From Anthoceros angustus (lineage: Eukaryota; Plantae; Anthocerotophyta), in assembly GCA_010909165.1 (NCBI GenBank), contig MU008163.1:1612001-1676000 (forward strand): a DNA stretch of 64,000 nucleotides, read 5' to 3'. The notes under the pieces were generated by a model, which did no database searches, was not told the origin of the DNA, and saw nothing but the letters and a program-made list of their open reading frames with translations. The translations under genes and the position numbers were made by a program. Shown here piece after piece: positions 57,464 to 64,000 of this stretch. How positions within the stretch are numbered: position 1 is the first letter of the stretch; every line of letters begins with the position of its first letter.

Positions 57464-60400
57464 TTATGGTACACTGTCTGGAATCCACTTTACAAGTTTA
57501 GACCTTGGAACGACAATAGTACACTCGTCGTCCGAATTCTCGATATTCACGGAGCCCCGACAACCGGCTTTTCCGCAGTAGCAGGGCAATGACTCGTCCT
57601 TTGAGTTGAATCTGCCAAGGGACAGGCTTGGCTGTTACACGGCTTTGCACTAACAACGGCCAGCTATGCAGATAGGTGTCGCAAATTCAAATCATGCAGA
57701 TCAATACCTGTAGTCATACGTGAGCTCCACTCCTGCAGGTAACTCTTCCTTCGACAGGATCACTATGTGCTCGTCCCCACTGGCAAAGATGACTCTTGAA
57801 TAACAGTTTGGCTGCGGGGACAATTCAACGACCAAACTGAGTCAGCAACTTTGGTGAACTTATCGCAGCGCACAGAGATGGTACAATCAATTTAGGAGCC
57901 ACCGAATGTTGCATACCTCACAAGAATGATTTATCAGATGGGCTATGCTTCCAGCACGAGTTGCATCAACATGACGCTCGCTATCAATGCCAAACATATA
58001 GGTGCCCGCACCCTGCACATCAAACGCACATATTTTTCACCTCGCACGTAGTTCTCAACGCTTCGCAGAAAAACTCTCGTATAAAAACGAAGGAACTCAC
58101 CACAAGAGAGTCATAACACCGGCGTTCCCTGATATCAGCAATGATTTGTCTCACTACCTCCCCGGCATACTCAACGACCTGCCAATCCCACAAGTTAGCG
58201 TTGCAGCTAACAGCGTTGGTTGCGTTCAATTGACACCACCAGATGAACCCTCTGGAAAGAAGTACCCACCATTTCGTTAGCACCGTGTGCTTTCTTCGTG
58301 AACACGCCCATGCCATGAATCGCTGACTTGCCTGCACAGATAATACAAATCAATAAGAAAATCTGCACGCAAAATAGAACCACATTACAAACAGCAATTC
58401 AGCAATAGGAATACAGCCATACCAAAAGTAAGCCTTTCTCCCACGGTGGAACGCATCCTCCTATATCTTTCTGACATTGAGAGGACTGCGTCACCGTCAC
58501 ATGAAGGTCCAAGTATGACAACCTCTTGTCCACCCACTTGCTTGGCAGTCTTCTGGCGCTTCCAATTCCAAGACCATAAGCTTGTCCTCTGTCTTCCTTG
58601 CTCCGCACTTGGAGGGTTTTGTCGACAGCCGGAGATAAGATAAGGAAGATTCTCTACAAACTTTCGCTTTGCAAGAGCAGCTGCAAGGGCCTCTGGCTCT
58701 CTTCTGCCTCGCCTCGCTGCATGATTGTATGGCTCTGGAGAACAAAGAACGCCAATGTTAGCTGTCCTAAATTCCCCAGTCTCGCTGTGCAGACAACATT
58801 CCATAAATACCTGTCCGTGCACACCCCGACTGATTCTGAGGCAACTGCTGTTCACATAGGGTGTGATGCTTCAGTTGCTGTGATTTGACTTGCTCAGCTG
58901 ACCGCTCAGTTCCTGGCAGCCTATGCTTCTTGCAGAATGCTTTCAACGACCAAGGGTCTCCAGGGCACAGACCCTGATAAGCTGGGAGTCAGCTAGGAGA
59001 AAAGACGGGATCGGAAATACATAAAGTCAAGCAATGTCACAGGCTTACCTCCATGCGGAACCCAGCAGCTCGTGCACACAAAGGATGAAAAGGAGTTCGA
59101 CAGTGTGAATGTGAGCACTGAGAAAGAGACATAAAATCGATATCAGATCCTAGTATTGCAGCTGACAATTAACTACTTGAAACCTAGGCAGCATCGCTGA
59201 GAAAGGCAGTGGCGATGTGCACCTGAATGCAGGCCCCATAGGGAACTCTACAAAGGCCGCAGCTGAGCTTCCAACGCTCCTGATACCAATACCAGACAAG
59301 GTCATTTCACTTGGCATAGCACTAAACAATCATGAAGCTCAGCACTAGGGACAGCATAGATGCTAACCTTGTCAACTTTGCTGAATCCATCGATTTCTTC
59401 CATTTTACAGACATCCTTAAAGGATGTTTCTATGCAAAACATGTCAGGGGACTCAAGGTCAGCTGGACAGGATTACAGCACCCGAAAGCTAAAGAAATAC
59501 AGGATACTTCACTCCAAACACTCACCAGGTACCCACAGTACACACATGATATGTGCCCATCGGCCATCACCTGTTTTCTTCATGGCCCCACCTGGAAAAC
59601 AAAGGATCTTCAGTCTTCAGAGCTCCTCACAGGCAAAGGAAGCCAGGCTCCATAAAATTTTCTGATTGTAACCAATTTGAGCAATGTAGGGTTACCTCTG
59701 ACTGGACAAATGCAGCAGGGAGGCATCTTCTTAGGCGCATCCACTCCACAGAGATTGCAAAGCCACAAATCACCATCTGGCACATGTATTTCTCCATAGC
59801 ATCTCATATGCACCTGAGAGATGAGACAAATCGCTAATTAAAAAAAAAGAAGGAAAAACAGGAAGAGCTAGAACACATCAGAAGCCCTTGCAGTCAGAAA
59901 CGAAAGCAACACTACTCGATAACTTACGAGCATCCTGCATCTGTCACATTGAAGAAGAAGATTACCATCGTACTCCTGTGGAAAAGAGCCAACAGAAAAG
60001 CAGTCAGAAATGAGGGTTACCTCTGGTCAGTGGCTACCAATCCTACTACAGATCCGATCTGTACCTCATCCAAGTAACACACACTACATCTGTCACGATG
60101 CTTCCATTCTACTTCCACAGGCTTATACCCTGCTGGCAGAAGTTCCTCTGCATCCTCAGTGGATTTTTCAATCCACCCGGTGAACTTGTTGCAAACCCGT
60201 GCAAATGGCAAGGCCTACAATGCACAAACCAGTTGGTCAGACAAGACAGAGAAAAGCATATGCTAGAAAGCCCATATCCTTCCTTTCATGCACCTGAATA
60301 ATCTTTGAGATCCGAGGGTTTGAGAATCCAAATAAAGCTGGTCCCTTTCGACGTTTTTCTTCAACCGGGCTTCCAGTGCAACCATTTTTACCCCTTGCTT

Positions 60401-62716
60401 TCCTGATCTTCTTGAATACGACATCCCAGCATTTAGAAGCAGTAGCTTCTTCAACCTGCAAATATATGCTTAGTTACGGAAGATAGAACACCAACTGTGA
60501 CTGCTACAGAAACCTGGCTCTACAGCATAGACCCAACGAATAGCTCTCAGAATGAAAGCCACCATGGTGAACATAGCAACTGGAATACTCACCCAGCTTC
60601 CATCATCTGTGGCGAGCTTGAAAAGTGGTGTCAATGGTGAAACTGGATTTCTTTGCACTTCCATCGTGTAACTGACAGTCGTTTGTGGATCTGCAAGGCA
60701 ATAGGTAGTCAGAAACCTGGAGGCAGAGGAACAAGCCTCACCTACAACCAGGGAAAGCGGATTGCACACCTTTCATTGAAACAAAGTTTCGAACAGCCTT
60801 ATATCCTTCAGGCCAAATGTACTGCTCATTGTGGAAGTGCTCAGAGTCTCTGACAATTTCGCCTGCAACAAAACCCTCCCAATTTCAGACCGGCAAGCTT
60901 TCAAACGAGAACAAGAAAGCGGAAAACGTGATTTGCATAAATCAGAACACTGCCACTACTAAAGCTCACTGCATGAGAAGCATACCAAAATTCAGGACTG
61001 TGAAGTCATTAAACTGGCAAGGACATTCTACAAGGCTGCCCACTGCTTTCTTTGCTGTCTGCTTCCTGTCTTCTGTTATGAAGATTTCAGCTCCTTCAAC
61101 CTCCTCCGGAGCAGGAACCCTAAGCACTTCAATCTGCAACTGTGCCATCTTGTCAGGAAGCAGACTTCCTCCAGACTTCAGGTACCTAAACATCACACAA
61201 GGCCAAGTAATGAAAACAACCAAGTCAGCACATGATAAAAATAGCCCTACCAGGAACTCTAGAATCCTTGTTGCTGTCACTGGAAGCTTGAATTCGGGGT
61301 TGTACCTGAATACATCAACTAGGCCAAGCTGAAAGGCATGTCTCAGGCACTTGGAATGGTGACGGGCCAGCAGTCCTCTCAGAAACGGTTGGACCTTACT
61401 AACATGCACCCTGCAGGTGAATCCGAAATCCCAGTGTTACTAAACACGTATCATGTGAACATATTCTGACCGCTGTACATGATCACAGTCCTTCACACAC
61501 CTTGCATAGTCATAGCTTCCAAAGAACTGGAGGGGAAGCATCCCGTCCTTGGCAGCTGGTTCCAGCCCACACTGGGCAGCGTTCTCCTCATCCATAAGAT
61601 ATGCCGGCCAATAAGGATACCCCTTGACTTTAGCCCACAGAACATCGCCAGGCTGGTACTCCCTCTGCTGGAAATCATCCAGCTCCGTGGCCAAGGCTGT
61701 CAACGGTTCGTAGTTTCCGGGAGTCAGGCTAGCAAGCTCAGCATCAGTATTGACATAGTGGTCCGGGCCCAGCATCTCCTTGAGCGGGCATCCCATCAGA
61801 TTCCCCTCATGAGGTGACAGGCGTAGCTTGATACGCTCCTTTCCGAGAGCAAGCCACTCCTTCTCCTCATCCTCATAGTCAATCTGACAACACTCCACGA
61901 ACCACAACCATCAACGACGGGAAGCCCAGAATCAGCACCACCTACTGACACCCAAATGGAAGCACAAAAATGCATACCCTGTACTTCTTTGTCGCCGCCT
62001 GGTACTCATGAATCACACCCGGATACCACACTTTATCCATGGGCCAAAAAACCTGCGAACCAGCAACAGCTAGGTCAAGGAAAGGAGCGCAGGACCAAAA
62101 AACCAGGCAGCGAGCAACGAAACCACACCTTACAACTCCTCCCGATACAATCCTTGGGCCGGGCAGCCCCCAAATCAACCCTACAGAAGCACCACGGCGA
62201 GGGTTAGACAGCTGCGCGGCATGCAGCAGGGCCGGCAAGCATCCCAAGTAACTGCTCCAGCACTCACTCTGTCCAGGGAGGTCGATGCGCAATCTGCGAG
62301 CGGTACTCCACCATGGCATCCGTGAGCTTCCTGCTGCGCGGGGACAGCCTGAGCTCCTTGGCGGGCTCAATTCTGTCGCCTTTCTTTCCCCGGCGCCGCA
62401 CGGGGGCAGGCGACTGGCCCAGCAGCACATCCCCATTCCGCTTGGGAATTGTCTTCTTGGGAGTGCGCACCTCGGCGGCGCTGCCGTCTTGGCTCTTGAG
62501 CCCGAACACCCGCCTGCTCTTCTTGCAGGATACCCTGGCGGGATCCGGGGACGATATGCTGGGCTCATTGTGGTCCGTGGAGGACACCAGGCCGTCCGAG
62601 ACGTCGCAGATTGGCACCCCAGAGCTTGCAGGCAACTCCACGCTCATCCTGGGCCGCTTCCGGCTGTACACCACTACTGCAGGAGCTCCGAGCTCCATCT
62701 TGCGCTTGGCGACCAT
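57464..62716 (-). CDS. ATX1/ATX2: Trithorax-group H3K4 methyltransferase of ATX1/ATX2 type (Tudor-PWWP-FYRN/FYRC-PHD-ePHD-SET-postSET), many exons
   Basis: [12 protein letters not shown] (Tudor), [15 protein letters not shown] (PWWP), [26 protein letters not shown]...WLCNLC, and post-[17 protein letters not shown]; stop TAA at 57466-57464; likely ATG at 62716. Confidence 0.93.
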
Positions 62717-62779
62717 CGCAGCAAGGCCCACTCCGACTGGCCCCGTCCCGGCCCCGGCCTCGCCCTCCGCTCGATCCAC

Positions 62780-62845
62780 CTCCTGCTTCCTGCCAATGCC
62801 CCTGCCGATGCCCCTGCCGATGCCCCTGCCGATGCCCCTGCTGCA
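62780..62845. repeat. 12-bp repeat (gcccctgccgat), about 4 copies, upstream of the ATX start
   Basis: gcccctgccgatgcccctgccgatgcccctgccgatgcccctg. Confidence 0.8.
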
Positions 62846-63614
62846 GCAGGAGTGAATGCCGCCTGCGTACTGTAGAGCGTGCACCAGACGCACTCGCGCT
62901 TCATCTGTCGCACACGTTTGGAGCCCAAGGCTCCAGCCCCACGCTGCTCGTAAAACACATGGCTCGCTTCAAAAAAAAACTTTCCTCCCTGTCCTAACAC
63001 ACCTGCTTCCCTTTCCTTCCTTGTCTTAACCCAAACCCGACGACTCTCTCAATCAAAATCTCTCGTCTTTGTTACTCCCACTGCCGCCTTCTCTTTGCCA
63101 TCCTTTAGCTTTCCATACCTATTCAAAATAAATACTGGTACCTGCACACAAAACATGGGTCTCCGACAAGAAGAGTGAACTCGGATGGAATTTTCCGATC
63201 GTGGACTCTACTTAATAACTTATCTTCTCACTCTTTATCTTGTGCATATCCATGGACCTTGAGGTAAGCATATATAGGCATCTACAGGTTTTTTCGAAAC
63301 GGAGATCTCATACGAAGTTTGGTTTGAGCTCGAGGAGAGTAGGTATGTAGTGGAAATATATATATGAATAAAATATCTTAATTATAGTTTAAGTTCAAAT
63401 CCTCATGGACTTGCACAATATAACAGTAAAATATCAGATTTGTCCATGACATTGCATAGTTTGCATAACGCGTCACTTATACTTATGAGATCTATGTTCG
63501 GAATGACTACACCCTACCTCCATATCGTCATAATTAGGGAATGTGGAGACTTAATATAAAAAAAGAGATGGGAAATTTCATCTACCCGGAGAAAGAAAAG
63601 GGAACAATAAAATT

Positions 63615-63795
63615 AACCTATTTATAGACTTATAGGTGTAAATAGGCCTAACTTCTATAGGTCTAAATAGGCCTAAATTTTCCTCATAGGTCTAACCCTT
63701 ATTTCTATTAATAGGACTGGCCTAATATAGACTTATGGGTCTAAATAGGTTAATTTCATAGGTGTAATAGGTCAAAATAGGTTAATTTTCTTAAA
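63615..63795. repeat. Cluster of short (a)ataggc/tctaa motifs, possibly subterminal repeats of a TE that extends beyond the window
   Basis: taggtgtaaataggcctaa, taggtctaaataggcctaa, ctaaataggttaattt, aaaataggttaattt. Confidence 0.5.
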
Positions 63796-64000
63796 GCATT
63801 TGCTTATCCATTAGAATTCATAAAGTCCCATCCAGGTCTTACGTTGAGGGCTACCTACTCCCAAAACATACCTAGTTAAACACGTAAACTCAACGCTGGC
63901 CCGAATCACACTTCTCTTCACAATTCTCTTCCTCTCCGAAGATACTCCTCCAAGGGGATGGTGCTTCTGTGTGCTTGGCTGGCTAGGCAGGAAGGGTCCC

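Overview
Eukaryotic land-plant nuclear DNA with short GT-AG introns, many PLS-class PPR remnants and Copia LTR elements. The lineage is inferred to be a non-seed plant such as a hornwort or lycophyte and cannot be proven from this window. Several tandem duplicates differ mainly by 1-3 nt indels, which suggests an imperfectly polished long-read assembly. Recognisable intact genes: a 7-exon NPF (NRT1/PTR) transporter (-), two class III peroxidases in opposite orientations, a U1 snRNA, plastid pyruvate kinase alpha, a GT17 (GnT-III-like) glycosyltransferase, a tRNA-Ala(CGC) and an ATX1/ATX2-type trithorax H3K4 methyltransferase. Two accessory zones stand out. (1) About 14.4-41.5 kb holds three copies of a cassette in which an orphan type-II membrane protein gene sits head-to-head with a PLS-PPR gene (ATG to ATG about 265 bp in copies A and B; copy C keeps only the promoter). 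The PPR genes are all decayed. Orphan copies B and C differ almost only by amino-acid-changing substitutions, which looks like diversifying selection. Copy C is interrupted by a three-LTR tandem Copia lacking the RT/RNase H core. (2) About 50.3-55.3 kb is an AT-rich island carrying the GT17 gene, an intact unrecognised 4-exon gene of about 410 aa, and a stand-alone chromodomain ORF. Both peroxidases lack the conserved Cys44-Cys49 disulfide. One of them also has a Pro-rich HRGP-like tail, a non-canonical intron holding a tRNA-Ala relic, and a PPR fragment copied into another intron. The NPF lacks the ExxER/K proton-coupling motif. All translations, alignments and counts were done by hand; no database searches were run.
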